The position numbers were made by a program, and so were the translations under genes. Below the pieces are notes generated by a model. It was not told the DNA's origin, made no database searches, and saw only the letters and a list, made by a program, of their open reading frames with translations. A stretch of DNA of 63,788 nucleotides, filler included, from Reclinomonas americana ATCC 50394 (Eukaryota), in assembly GCA_048213135.1 (NCBI GenBank). It is 9 parts of 9 records of this genome, joined end to end, with 100 filler letters (N's around TTAATTAATTAA, not from the genome) between each part and the next. Parts side by side here need not be neighbours in the genome. Positions count along the whole stretch, not along the records: positions 12,024 to 14,667 come from AFZH01018067.1; positions 14,768 to 17,961 come from AFZH01018068.1; positions 18,062 to 27,443 come from AFZH01018069.1; 6 more parts are not named here. One strand, written 5' to 3'. Numbering within the stretch: position 1 is the first letter of the stretch; every line of letters begins with the position of its first letter. Positions 12,104-24,686 of this stretch are shown piece by piece.

Positions 12104-14631
12104 AACGATTTGCGGCACACCCAACTACATTGCTCCCGAGGTGCTGGATGCCAAGATTGGGCACTCGTTTGAGGTGGATGTGTGGTCACTCGGAGTGATT
12201 TTGTACACAATGGCCATTGGTCGGCCGCCGTTTGAGACATCGGATGTGAAGAGCACGTATCGACGCATCAAGGCCAACAACTACACATTCCCCGACCACG
12301 CGCAGATCTCGGACGAGCTGCGCGCCCTCATCACATCGGCACTGCAGTCGGATCCTCGTTGCGTCTCGACAGCCAGCGGTGATATTATTGTGTTTTCATC
12401 GCCACTCACTGCGCATGTGAACAGAACAAAGGCCAACAGTCGACGACATGCTCAACTCGGAGTTCTTCACGCGCTACATGATTCCCACCGAGCTGCCGCA
12501 GTCGTCGCTGCAGACTGAGCCGCCATTCCCGTCGGCCTTCTACGAACGACAGGCCGTGGCCACGGCTCCAACGATTGTGGCCGGCTCCGACAGAGAAAAG
12601 GATGTGCGTACTGCAGTGTTTTTGTTTTGCAGGCCATCACCGCCACCGCCACCATCTCATCTCTTGTCTCTCCATTCTCCAGCGAGGTGCATCGTCATCA
12701 TCATCATCGTCCTCCACAACAGCTTCAGCCGCCGCCGCTGCTGCTGCTGCTGCTGGCTCTTCTTCGTCGGCATCACGCCCGCGGTCAGCGTCCAGCCAAC
12801 GACCACCGACTGCCACGGGAGCACCATCGCCACTGGTCAACGCCCCGAATGCAATGATGCCCGGCAGCTCATCACCTCTGGTGCCGTCACTGCAGTTGCA
12901 TCAGCAGCAACTGTCACCGGCCGGTGCACTGCAGCCACTGCACCAGCAGGGCCCGCTGGCACCACCGCCAGCTGTGGTCGGCTCTCGAGTGCGCCCACAG
13001 TCGGCAACCGCAGTCATGTCGTCAACACCGGTCTCGGCCGCCGCTGCCCCGCAGTCGTCACGATCCCGAGGTTGGTGCTATCTCTCTCTCTTGTTCCCTC
13101 TCTGCGCAACGCAATCCGACTTGTAGTCTCACACGCCTCTTGTCCACGCGCAGGACCGACGGCATCACCTGTCGGCACAGCCACTGCCATCACGGTGCCG
13201 ACACTGGTGGTCCCGCAGGCCGTCTCCGGTGGTGCGTCGACACCCACTGGCTCGTCGGCGCCTAAATCGTCGCGCCGTGTGGCTTCGTCACGCGACCCGA
13301 GTCCGGCACCTGCCGCCACCGAGGTCGACGACGACGATCGTGGCAACCTCACCGCCATGTACGAGACCCTTGCGCAGTCCATGTGTGTCCTCGAGTCGGA
13401 GGGCGGAGCGAACGGACAGGGAGATCAGGAGAATGCAGCGCCGGTTGACAATCCAGCGCCGAGCGGCCGAGTTTCGTCTCGCGCCGCCGCAGCAGCGGCT
13501 GGCGTTGCCGCCGTCGTGCCGCAGAGTTCGGCGTCGTCGCGCCCTCTGAGCGCCTCACCAATGACCAATGCGCCGGCGGCCACACAAATGGCAGCGGCCT
13601 TCAGCAAGGTGTTGGTGGTGGAGCAAGTGGCGCCAGGACCGTCCTCATCGTCGTCATCCTCGGTGGCTTCCTCGTCGGGCAAGCCACTGCCTGAGCCGAC
13701 GGTGTGGGTCGTCAAGTACGCCGACTTTACCGAAAAGTATGGCTTGGCCTACCGCCTGAACGATGGCTCCACCGGCGTGCATTTTAACGACTCGACCAAG
13801 ATGATTCTCAACCAGGACGAGTTGCGCGACAACTCTTCCTTTTTCGATGCCTTCTCCATTCTGCTCACTCTGGCGCGCAGCTCTGTGGAGTACTTTGAGA
13901 GGAAAAAGTCGTCGGCTGGCGCCTACGACAAGTACCACTGCTTCTCGCTGTCGAACTACCCGGACAACCTGAAGAAGAAGATCACGCTGATCACCTACTT
14001 CCAGAATCACTTGGACGAGGGTGTGCGTCCGACGGCACGCAACGGCCCGCTGAGCACCGTGAAGGGCGAGCAGAACCTAGTCTACGTCAAGCGGTGGCTG
14101 TCAACCCGCCACGCCATGATCTTCCGCCTCAGCAACAAGTGCGTGCAAGTCAACTTCCACGACGGCACCGAGTTGATTCTGAGCTCGGAGGCCCGCGCGG
14201 TGACGTACACGGGCACCGACAAGCGCCGCACCACGCACCACCTGTCGGATATCACACGCAATCCGCACCCGGAGGTGGCCAAGCGTCTCAAGTTCACCAA
14301 GAACGTGCTGTACCAGCTGATCGACAACCAAGGGCACCACGGCCAGTCGGCGGCGCCCACAGCCTCCTCAGGCCCCAGCGGCAGCAAGTCGTCGCGCGAT
14401 TCTGCCGGCAGTGCAAACGGCGACGCGGCGGCGGCGGCCACAGCTGCTGCGCTCATGCAGCCTTCGGCATCGTCAATGACGTCGTCGAGGCGACAGGCGG
14501 CCGCCGCCGCAGCCGCCGCTGCATCGGCTGTGGCTGTCGGATCGACTGGTTTGATGCCGGCAGCTGCGCCTCCGGCACGGCCCTTGTCGGCACCGGTTGC
14601 TCGCCAGCAGTTGGTGGCTGGCGCGCGGTAA
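12104..14631 (+). CDS. PLK1: Polo-like kinase (5' truncated by gap)
   Basis: [38 protein letters not shown] kinase end; long Ser/Ala linker; two polo boxes ([65 protein letters not shown]). Confidence 0.95.
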
Positions 14632-14767
14632 TTCGACGAATGTGTGTTTTGCAATTTTTGCTAGTAGNNNNNNNNNNNNNNNNNNNNNNNNNNNNNNNNN
14701 NNNNNNNNNNNTTAATTAATTAANNNNNNNNNNNNNNNNNNNNNNNNNNNNNNNNNNNNNNNNNNNN

Positions 14768-17700
14768 TGCGGAGGCTGAGCTGGTACCGCAGTCGCCAGG
14801 CGTTCGGGTGGGTGCCTGGATTCACCGAGCCCATCAACTCCACCCACTCGTCCTCGTACAGTACATCACTGCGCATCACCGATCGTCGAGCCAGTGCCTC
14901 CAGCTGTGTTGCAGGCAGAGGGAGTGTGAGTTCGCGAAAAAAACGAGAACGTGGCAACACATTTTGCGATGGATTGCCCCCCCTTCCCACCTGCGACACG
15001 TGGAACTCGGTGCCCTGGTGAACACCGTTGACCAGCATCGCCAGCACCGAGTCGTGCGTGATGCCGTGCCCGTTCATGGCCAGCATGGAGCGCTCGAAGA
15101 CATGCTTCAGCTCCACCTCCGACACATCCGAGTACAACTGACGGAGTACCAGATAGAGTTCGCGCTCCGTCCGACAGTCGCCCTGCCGCCGACCCCTCCA
15201 CTAGTCAACAACACGATGCACTCACCACTCTGACATGCAACATAACACACAAAAAAACACACCTGCACAGCAAGCATGGCCGAGAGACGACGGAACATGC
15301 TGCCGAGGTGACCGCAAGCCGGATCGCCATTGATTCGCAGCGTCTCTGCAAACATGCGCAACTCGGCAGCCGGGTCTGGTCACGCATGTGTGTGAGATGC
15401 CAGCAGTTGCTCGCAGCCGAGAAAGAAGACCTCCTCACCTGGCGGTTCGAGCCTGGTGGACGCAGTAGGAGAGTCCTCACCATCTACCGCCGCTGGTGCG
15501 TGTAATGGTGGTGGTAGTGGTGGCGCTGCTGCTGCTGCTAATGGCGACCCTGCGTCACCTCCACTATCGCCACCATCGCCCTCTTCATCCTCTGCATCCT
15601 CCACCGCCGAACCCCCTTCGTCACCCTCGTCTCGTTTCTCCGCGAGCAGTGATGCCACCACGCTCAAAAACTCGTACATCACCTGATGACACAACTCCGG
15701 CAACACGTACTTGACGCTGATGAACTCCATGAGTGCATCCTACAAAACGGCGGCGGGGAGAGTGAGTTGCATGGCGCAACACAGAGAATTGCGAGCGTGA
15801 ACTCGAAACGAACCGCCAGCGACACTGCCGTCTTCTCTTTGCTCATGTCACGCAACAGTGGCATCATAATGTGCCGATCGTACGCACCGTCCATGATGCC
15901 GAGACACACGTTGAGGTCCATGGAGCGTGGCCACAGTGGCGCACTCCGACCGTAGTTCTGCACGAAAGCGGCCCACATGGGGTCGGTGAACTTTTCGCGC
16001 AGCTGCCGGCTTTCGAGTGCACGAATGTGCCGCCATTCGCCACGAATGCCTCCATCCACGTCGGACTCGCCGAGCTCCGGCCCGCCCTCGTCCGTGAAGG
16101 AGAATATTCTCAACGGATGAGGCGCAATCTTCCGAGACGCCGACAGCCGCATGATGGTGGTCGCAGCGGCACCGACGGCACTCATCGGTTGTGCAGGAGG
16201 AAGCGGGAAAGTCTTGATGACAGGCACACAAAGTGGAATGAGTGCGAAGAGAGATGAAAAGACACAAAAGGAGAAGAGCTCCCTTTCACATACACACCTC
16301 CGACATGTCTTCGCGGTTCACTTCCACGCGTCGAATGGATGCAAAGGGGCTCTGCGGGTTGCGCGCCATCTGCACATCAATGACCATCTGCGGCATGGTG
16401 ACTTCGTAGTCGGGCGAGAAGGCGGTGATGATGCGTCTCTGCTCCACTCGTGGCACGGTCGCCGACTCGCCAACTGGAAGCGCAGCATGTCAAATAAATC
16501 ACCCGACATGCAGCACTCACATGAGCACGCAACAGGTGACCGCAGTGGACATGAGCTGACGGATCAGTTCCTCGCACTCGCCAAGGGAGCGGCCCGATGA
16601 GCGGAACCATCGCCGTGCCGGTGACGAGTTGCCGGTGCTGCGAGACGAGGGGGTGAGACAAGGCACATTTACGCCGACACAAGAGGAGGTACTCACGGTT
16701 TTGTCGACTCCACATCCATTTTGTAGAGCCTATCGTACACCTTCTGAATGACGCCAATGTGGGTCCGCACTCGGTGCAGCTCGTCGACGAGCGCACGATT
16801 GGTGAACATGAATTCTTCGCGGATTTGGCGAATCACTGCACCGCTGACCAGCGTCGTCGCAATCTCGTAGTCGGTGAGTCGGCAGTTGAGAATGCGACAC
16901 AGGTCGGCGCACGTCTCGAGCGAGCGCGACACTTCGTGGTCAAAGTGCGTATAGTCGATTTCCTGCCGCCCTCGGTGTCAGCTCGCATCGTATCACCAAC
17001 GAAGCACGCACAAGCGCGATACCTGACTGGCGGCCTCCTTGGCACGCTGGAACTCCTTCGCCACCTGGCGTCGCATGTCGTTCGTGGTCGACAGTTTCGC
17101 CACACGGTCGTTGGCCTTGTGCAGTTTTTTCTGCACAAATACAATATCATTAGTGACGTGCGTGTCGCACGACATGAGACGCAGCAGAGGACGCCGCACC
17201 ACAGTGTCGTCAAGCGTGTCGGTGAGGAAGCCGATCTGGGCCTGTGCGTCTCGGTGCGCCGCTTGCATCTTGGCCAGCTGCTCACGCAGCTCGGCAAGCT
17301 CCTGCATGTGATGTCCCTGCACGACGGCCAGCTGGCGTGCAAGAGCCTCCCGCTCCTTTTTCAGCTCCTGGTAGCTGTCGAGTGTGTCCTGGATGCGGGC
17401 ACGCTCGTCTTCCAGCACCGCACGCTCATCCTGCATGCTGGCACGTGAGTGACGATCGCACGAGCGCGTGCTTACAGAAATGAACAAGTAGGTACCTGCA
17501 CGTCGTGCATGGCATCCCGCACACGCCCAAAGGCTTCAAAGTACGGCACTCTCTCGTACTCGGGCGCCTCTGCCGCCCCCGCCGTTCGCGTCACCTCGTT
17601 CACAGTTAAGAGATCCGTGAGCGTGCACGCCTCCAGTTGCTCACGCAGTGCGCGAAAGACACCGGCAAAGGGTGGCATGATTGAGCCCAGAGTGCCTGTG

Positions 17701-17961
17701 CGATCGGGCGTGATGAGCCACAAGAAAATCACGAATAGAGAGAGAGAGACAGAGAGAGAGGAGCATGAGAGCACGCAACTGAGCGTGTCGAGACACACAC
17801 GCAGCGACTGCCGTGATGGCGACTCGAACGGAGTCCGATTCTCGAGGAGTGCGACCTCGAGATGAATAGCTGCGACGTAAGGATGCACGCACGAGAGCAT
17901 TGGTGGGTGCGTGTGCGCGATGAGAGCCTCTCCCCCCGTCCCCTCGAGCACAAACCTTGAC
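14768..17961 (-). CDS. Uncharacterised coiled-coil protein, possibly TSNAXIP1-like/flagellar (both ends cut by gaps)
   Basis: Spliceable exons with coding bias: LGSIMPPFAGVFRALREQLEAC..ERVPYF, a coiled coil (QELKKEREALARQLA..), PELCHQVMYEFLSVV. The family call is weak. Confidence 0.5.
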
Positions 17962-18200
17962 NNNNNNNNNNNNNNNNNNNNNNNNNNNNNNNNNNNNNNN
18001 NNNNNTTAATTAATTAANNNNNNNNNNNNNNNNNNNNNNNNNNNNNNNNNNNNNNNNNNNNGCATTGAGTATCGAAGCAGTTGCCACGGTGTCACTGGTG
18101 TCCATCATCATCATCAATGCATGGATGAATCGATCGGTGACGAGGCAAGTGCGGGTGCCGCGCCCGTAATTCGATCCTTCAGCTCGTGCGGCGAGCAAGA

Positions 18201-20184
18201 ATGTACGCACGTGCACCGCTGTTGGTGTGGCTGCTGGTGGCGATAATCGGCGTCGTGATGGCCGTGCCGCAGTTGCAGAAGCCGGCGTCGTTCGTCAGCG
18301 AGCAGAGTCCGCCGGGCACCTTCGGTCTGCATCTGGCGGTGACGTTGAGTGACTCAGCGATGTACACTGGCGAGTGGACCACGTACAGCCTGGTGGGTGG
18401 GGCGCAGAATGCACCGCTCCTGCATCCCGTGCGCGTCACCGCACGCCGACTGCCCACCGAATCGAAAAAGAGTGAGTCGTTCCCATGAATCCTTCAGCAA
18501 CAACGTGAAGTACCTCTCATTCATGTGTGTGTGCTGCAGCGGTGGTGCTCGAGCAGCATCGAGTCATGTTCAACGCGTACGAGGACGTGGATAGCAGCGT
18601 ACCGTGTTCGATTGGTTGGAAGGTTCGCTGCGCAGGACGTGTGAAGCAAAGTCGACCGCTGACAGTGTGCGACTTTTCCCTTGCCAGTTACCCTCGCATG
18701 TGTGCTCCACCCAGGACCCGTACGCTTCACTCCCTGGTCGACGACTCACCAATGCTGGAATGCAAATGGATGCGGAAACTGGTCGATCAACTCGAATATT
18801 TCGTGAGCGTGCGGCTGCAGCGCCCACGGCCAGTGATTTTGAGTTTGCCGTGGAGAAGCAGGATCAGGCCAACAAACGACTGCTGCCCAGCATGCCGAGC
18901 TCAGCTGGCCTGTCGGCGGAAGGGTTGCTGCCGGCTAACGAGGTCAACCTGGCGGTGACGACTGGTGGATCCGGGAGTGGGAGTTCTGGGTCGGTCAGTC
19001 GAGCCGCCACTGGCTACATCCTGCCAGTGTACGTCGACGAGGCGGAGGGTGCACTGTACCCAGACGAATACACGGCGAATGCCGACTCCACGCTATGCTG
19101 CGCCGGTGGTTCGCGACGTGGCGATGGTCTGCACTGTCTGAATTACAAAACCGACCAATTATTTGCCGAATATTACCCGGTTCGGTCGACGTACACTCAC
19201 GTGTGGGAAGTCATTGTACAGGTGAGTGGGGGTGCCGACTACAGAAGAGTGCTGCTGCTGTTGCGCTCATTTCCCCCCTCTCGCACGCACAGCAATTCAA
19301 TCGCACAGCCGCTTGTCCGTCGGTCATCTCCTGCATGCCGCTCTTCCGCTCCGATGTCATGCGCCCAACGTCGCTGCAGACCGATTATGCCGGAACCTCT
19401 TCGGTGCGTTCGGAGGGCGCCTTCGCATGCACGCGTGTGTTTCTCTCATTTTCCCCATCGTCACAGGCCTACGCAGAGGAGGACTACACTCTCGACCAAA
19501 CGGCGTGGATCAGAACAGCCACTCTGCAGTCCGAGTACCTCGTCGAGCTCATCCCCAACCGCCCGTGCAACGCCTCATTACGCAATCTGGAGTTGCGTGC
19601 TTCCTCTTCTTCCTCCTCCTCTTACACAGTCCACCGCGGTGCGAACACAACAAGTCGCACAGCAACTGGTTTGTCACCGACAGCAGTGACGAGCGACTGC
19701 AGCGGCTCGGCGTGCGCCGATCGAGCTGGTCGCCGAACGCGTACGGCGGCTGCGCCGACAACATGCACTCGCAGACATCCACACTTCCGGACTCAGTCTC
19801 GAGCGTCTGGTCTCCCACGTGCGTCGTGCCCGCGACTCTCGATGACCATCGCCCACCTCATGCCTGACACACTCTCTTGTCGGCAGTGACCAATTTGCCG
19901 GCTTTCGTAACAGCACATTGCGCAGCCAGTGGGTAAACACGTTCCAGCGCGGCACTTCGACAATCACCATGACACCAAAGCCGGAAGCCGAGGCGGCGGC
20001 AAACCCACAAAAGTGCTCCTCGACCGACCTCGCACAATTCTTCCGGTACACGCCGTCCACATCTCTTTCCACAACACAGTATCCGCTCACCTACCCTCTG
20101 CACAGTTTAACTCTCGATGTGGACCGTGACGCCGCGCCCAGCGAGGTGCTGCAGATCAAGGTTCTCGAATTACGCGGCATGTGA
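18201..20184 (+). CDS. Predicted secreted HAP2/GCS1 (fusexin)-like protein, 7 exons, no TM anchor
   Basis: Signal peptide MYARAPLLVWLLVAIIGVVMA, followed by collinear HAP2-like motifs LHLAVTL, PVRVTARR, PCSIGW, DSTLCC, HCLNY..FAEYY, NWFVTD..RLGVRRSSW..C, SLTLDVDRD. The gene structure is solid; the family call is inferred. Confidence 0.55.
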
Positions 20185-20211
20185 TGAGGATGACGACCGG
20201 CACATTCTTCA

Positions 20212-23200
20212 TCATGGCATGACTCTTCTCAACACGAACGCCAACATGACACCGAGGAGGAACATGAAAGAGAGAATGCACAAGAACCAGGTGTAGTTAT
20301 CGTCGGGGTTGCCTTCGCCAGTGAAATGACCGGGAAGCTGCATCGGAGGAAAAGGCAGCAAGAATAAGCACTGAAGCGGTGTGAAATGAGAAATGGCCAA
20401 CACACACCTTGATGTTCATGCCAAAGATGCCAGAGATCTGTACGACACAGCACGCAACAGGAGTCATCAGCGAGGAGCGTTCGAGAACGATGACCGTCGA
20501 AAATACGCAACCAGAGTGAGAGGCAAGAAGATGATGCTGACCACGGAGAGAGTCTTCATCGACTGACTCATGCGCAAGTTGATCTCGTTCATCTGCGCCC
20601 CGGAAATTAGTCACTGTCTTTCACTCACTTACTCTTCCGCTCACACACACACGTACCTCGAGACTGATCTTGGCCTGATAGTTATTGTACGCCTGATTGA
20701 TCTGGTCACGCGCTTGGTCGAGCCTGTCAATGTACAGCATCACATGTGACAACACGTCACGCATGTGCAGCTGCACGTCGCGATGCAGCAGATCCGTCTT
20801 GCGCGTCATCAGATACGAAATGAGTGTGCGCTTTGGCAGCAGACTACGTCGCAGCGTGTGCAGTTTCAGCCTGTGTTCCAGATGTGTCAGAAGGATTCTT
20901 GTCGTCCGCCAGGAAGAGGAAAGACAAGGAGCACACAAACCGAGTGTTCTTGATGCGTAGGAACACATCGGCTGCACGACCAGGAGTGAGAACGATTGCG
21001 GATCATGGGGAAAGAAGAGGTGACACTCAAAAACACCTTGCTCACTCATCGGGAACTGCAGCACAGCAACAGTAGAATTAGTCCCCCGGCCCGCATTAGC
21101 ATTGCACAATTTTGCGCACTCACCGACATGGAGATTTCGTCCATGGCCACCGCCTTTTTGCGCACAAGTAGGGGTAAGATATTGCGAGAGAGTGGCATAC
21201 ACAAGAATTCAGATGCACACAATGGCACGTTACCTCTGAACCGACTTCGTCCACACTAGTGGCACACAAATCAACCTGCACATCAAAGTGCACGTGCATA
21301 ATGTAGCTCGTGTGCGGAATCGGGTGTCTCTGCATGGGAGAGAGAGAGATAATGAACACAGCAACTCGCAACAGGGACAACTCACGGTGAGCCGACGCAG
21401 ACGCACATCAGTGAGCACACGTCGAACAATCTCCATGCTGCCAAAATAGTTCTTGTGATGCATCGTGATGACGACATTGTCGAACAAGATGATGTTGGCT
21501 GGGCAGTGATGCTCGACATCGACAGCCCCATCGCTCCTGCGCCAGAGTGTAAGATACGAGACACATGCCGACCGACTGGTTGAAGATATCACCACCACGC
21601 ACATCGAGGCAAAGCCGTGGAGAACCACAAAGAGGTAATTGTCGTAGGCCTCCCATTTCTCTGCGCCCACACAGCGTGAGGAGGAGGCAGTCACTCTTGT
21701 GTGCAACTGCACGCATGACTGACCGGGTGTGTCCTCGCTGAGAATGTCTTCGGTGGTGAGCGGATGCACCGCGTACACCTCCTCCAACAGCACCGACTCG
21801 TCCTCGGTGAGGTCCATGATGTCGATCCAGTACGACATGTCCTCGCTCTCGATGACGGCCTTGCGCAAGTAATGCAGGCACGCACGCAGCGAATCAAAGG
21901 TGAACATGCTCTCCATGCGCGTGGGACTGCATACAGAGTGAATGTGATTGTTCGGAGAGAATGCGATGCGAGGGGTTCCAGACGAAACGGTGATCCGGTG
22001 GCCGGAGCCATGCCACGCTTGGAAGGAGCGGCCAGCTCCACTGGACTGTTGAGGCCCACGATCTGGTGTCGAAGAAAGTGATCAGCGAATACAAGTGTGC
22101 CAGGCATGCATATCACATTCGGGAGTTACCAGCTTCACACGTCTCTCCATTTCGTGCTCGAACACTCGAATGCTCTCCCTGCGCGCGGCAGGTAAGTTAT
22201 CACACAATCAAAGGGTGGAAAGGGGCATGAATACAGGTATGCCCGAAACAATTCAGCGTCGACGACGGAGCGGTGATGCGGATGCGCAAAGGGAATTGTC
22301 ATATCCTGTGACACCATGCGCGAGTCAGCGTCCTTGCTCGACCACGATACGTAATCAAAGAGAGGGAGAGAGAGAGAAACGAAGCTCGCTGGCCATTGTT
22401 GAAGCGGCGGAGGAGTGCCGGCGTGATTCTCCGGAAGAGCTCGCTCTGCGCAAAGTGCTGACTGAAGGCCACCGCACGGTCCACTGCGACACACGCATAC
22501 CAAAGTGGTGAAGAGTCAGCACGCGACACTGCTGGTTGTTGCATGCGTGTGGGACTGACCCTCGGCTTCTTCGCCGGCCAGCGAGATGCGATCGAAGCGC
22601 TCGACAATGTAATTGGCGGTCTCCATCGACGCCAGGCTACCCGATGACTGCAGAGCCGCGTGCCCAGACAGATCCGTCTGTGCGCAACAGCCATGAGTGA
22701 ACTCCTCAGCACATGGTGGGAGCTGAAAGAAAGGGTGAACGGAAAAAGTCACCTCCGAATCCGACGGCAGCAGCGGATGGTCGTGCACGTCCAAGGAGCC
22801 ACTGGCACAGGGACTCTCTCGTTCCTCATGGAGAGCAGCCGACTGGCTGGCAATCATCACCTCGGCTGCGCATCGTGGCAACAGCGCATCAGCCAACACT
22901 CATAAAAACTGGAATCACACACGACAGGTGGAGTTACGCACTGCTTCGTCGTCCACCAATGGCACCAGGAACAACCATGCGTGACATGGTGTGCTCGAGA
23001 GCGGCATGCCGCTCGTGACCTTCGTCCTCAATCTCTGCAAACGAATCCGCGCTGGGCATTGGAGAACTGGCCAGATTCAAGTCGTCACAACTCGGCGACG
23101 CTGCACCGGCAGAGTTGCCGAGTGGTACCATTGTCGGCAAGTGCAACAGCGACGGCTCGAGACACGAGACCTGCGGTGACGGTGAACACGGTGGCTCCAC

Positions 23201-24606
23201 GCCAACGACAACTGCGGCCACATCACTGCTGTCGACGACTGTGGCAGCGAATGGCGATGCTCTGCGACCGACAGCAGCGTGAGTGGAGAAAGCGGTGAAT
23301 GAAAACATGAGTATCACGCAGACCGGTCGCCAACAAAGGCTGCCGGTGTTGCTGTTGGCGGAGGCGACGGTTGTTGGAGCGTGATCCCCGGCGACTCGGC
23401 AGCTGCTGACGGCAGCGGGGAGACAGTCTCATCGAACGGATTCGGTGGCACCAGTCCCGGTGTGAAAGGAATGACAGCCGGCGTCGGTGGCACAGCCGAC
23501 GGGAAGGCGACGGGGAAGACAAAGGGCGACGGTGTCGACACACCAGCCGCCGGTGTGTTTGCCGGCGTGTATGACATCTCACGCTCCACTGCAGCTGCTG
23601 CGCGACGCCGTCGCTCACCCGCCGCCATGGCGCGCACACGCTCCGACTGCGCTGATATGGACTGTGTGCCAAAAGGTGCGTGCGAAACGCAATGCAGTGA
23701 GGAGGCGGCAAGGGAATCAAGAGCACGCAGCAGCGCAACGAGGACGCAACATTGTGCCGCGGGCGTCCGTGCCCATTGGCACCAGAAATGAACCACGGCA
23801 TGTGACCGTGGTGCCCGTGCTCTGCCGTCATCGCTGCCGGCGTCTCTTGCGACACATCCGAACGGTGACGATGCTGGCGAGGATGAGTGTGGCGGTGCGG
23901 GTGATGGCTCTCGTGCTTTGGCCGCCGTGCACGGCCAGAGGACCTGTGCTCCGCAGTCGTCTCCGGATCAAATCGCACACCGCGGCCATCACCACCACCA
24001 CCAGCACCAGCAGCAGCCACCGCACCCACTGGTGGGGTGGCAACATCGCTTCCCTCACCGCCAGCGTCTTCGCCCGCCAGCAAGCCCTCATTGGAGCTCG
24101 TCTCCGATTCCGACCCCTCATCGCTTTCATCATCATCATCATCATCATCTTCATCATCATCGTCCACCACCTCCGCGCCATTCTCCTTGCGTGGCTGCTC
24201 ACCACAGCGAGCAGTGGACTGCGTGACAAGAGAAAGAGAGAGAGAGCCGCTGTCACCACTCAATGCACGCATGGAGGAGTGCGCTCAGGCATACCGATTT
24301 GCGTCGTGTGACCGGGCGCAGCTCCACGTTGGTCACATCCAGCACATCTTCCTCCTCCTCCTCCTCCCCCTCCGCACCACCACCATTCACACCACGCGCA
24401 CCAGCAGGCTGCGGAGTGGCCGGGTCGTCGCCTCCAAACTCCACAGTGGTCGCGGACGACGACGACGACTGCTGCGGAAACAGCAGTGGCAAGGCCGCCG
24501 AGGTGCCGGTGGAGGAGGGCGAAGGCGACGGACTCGAGCCCTCTTCCTTGTCCTCGCTGCTGCCACCGCCACCACCGCGAGTGCGAGCGCGCAACTGCGA
24601 CGACAT
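20212..24606 (-). CDS. CorA/ALR1-like Mg2+ transporter with a long low-complexity N-terminus
   Basis: YWIDIMD..EEVYAVHPLTTEDIL, EKWEAYDNYLFV, MRDVLSHVMLYIDRL, GIFGMNIK (GMN motif) and two C-terminal TM helices. The start codon is approximate. Confidence 0.85.
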
Positions 24607-24686
24607 TCGCTGTTGTTGATGGTGTTGCAACGTCCCGTCGTCCTCCGTCCCTCTCTTCTCGATTAGATCGTCGACTGACAACGAGG

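Noticed and set aside
12448..14631. 727-aa ORF as a single protein
   Set aside because: It is the PLK gene read through in-frame introns and partly in the wrong frame; splicing gives a normal kinase-linker-polo-box protein.
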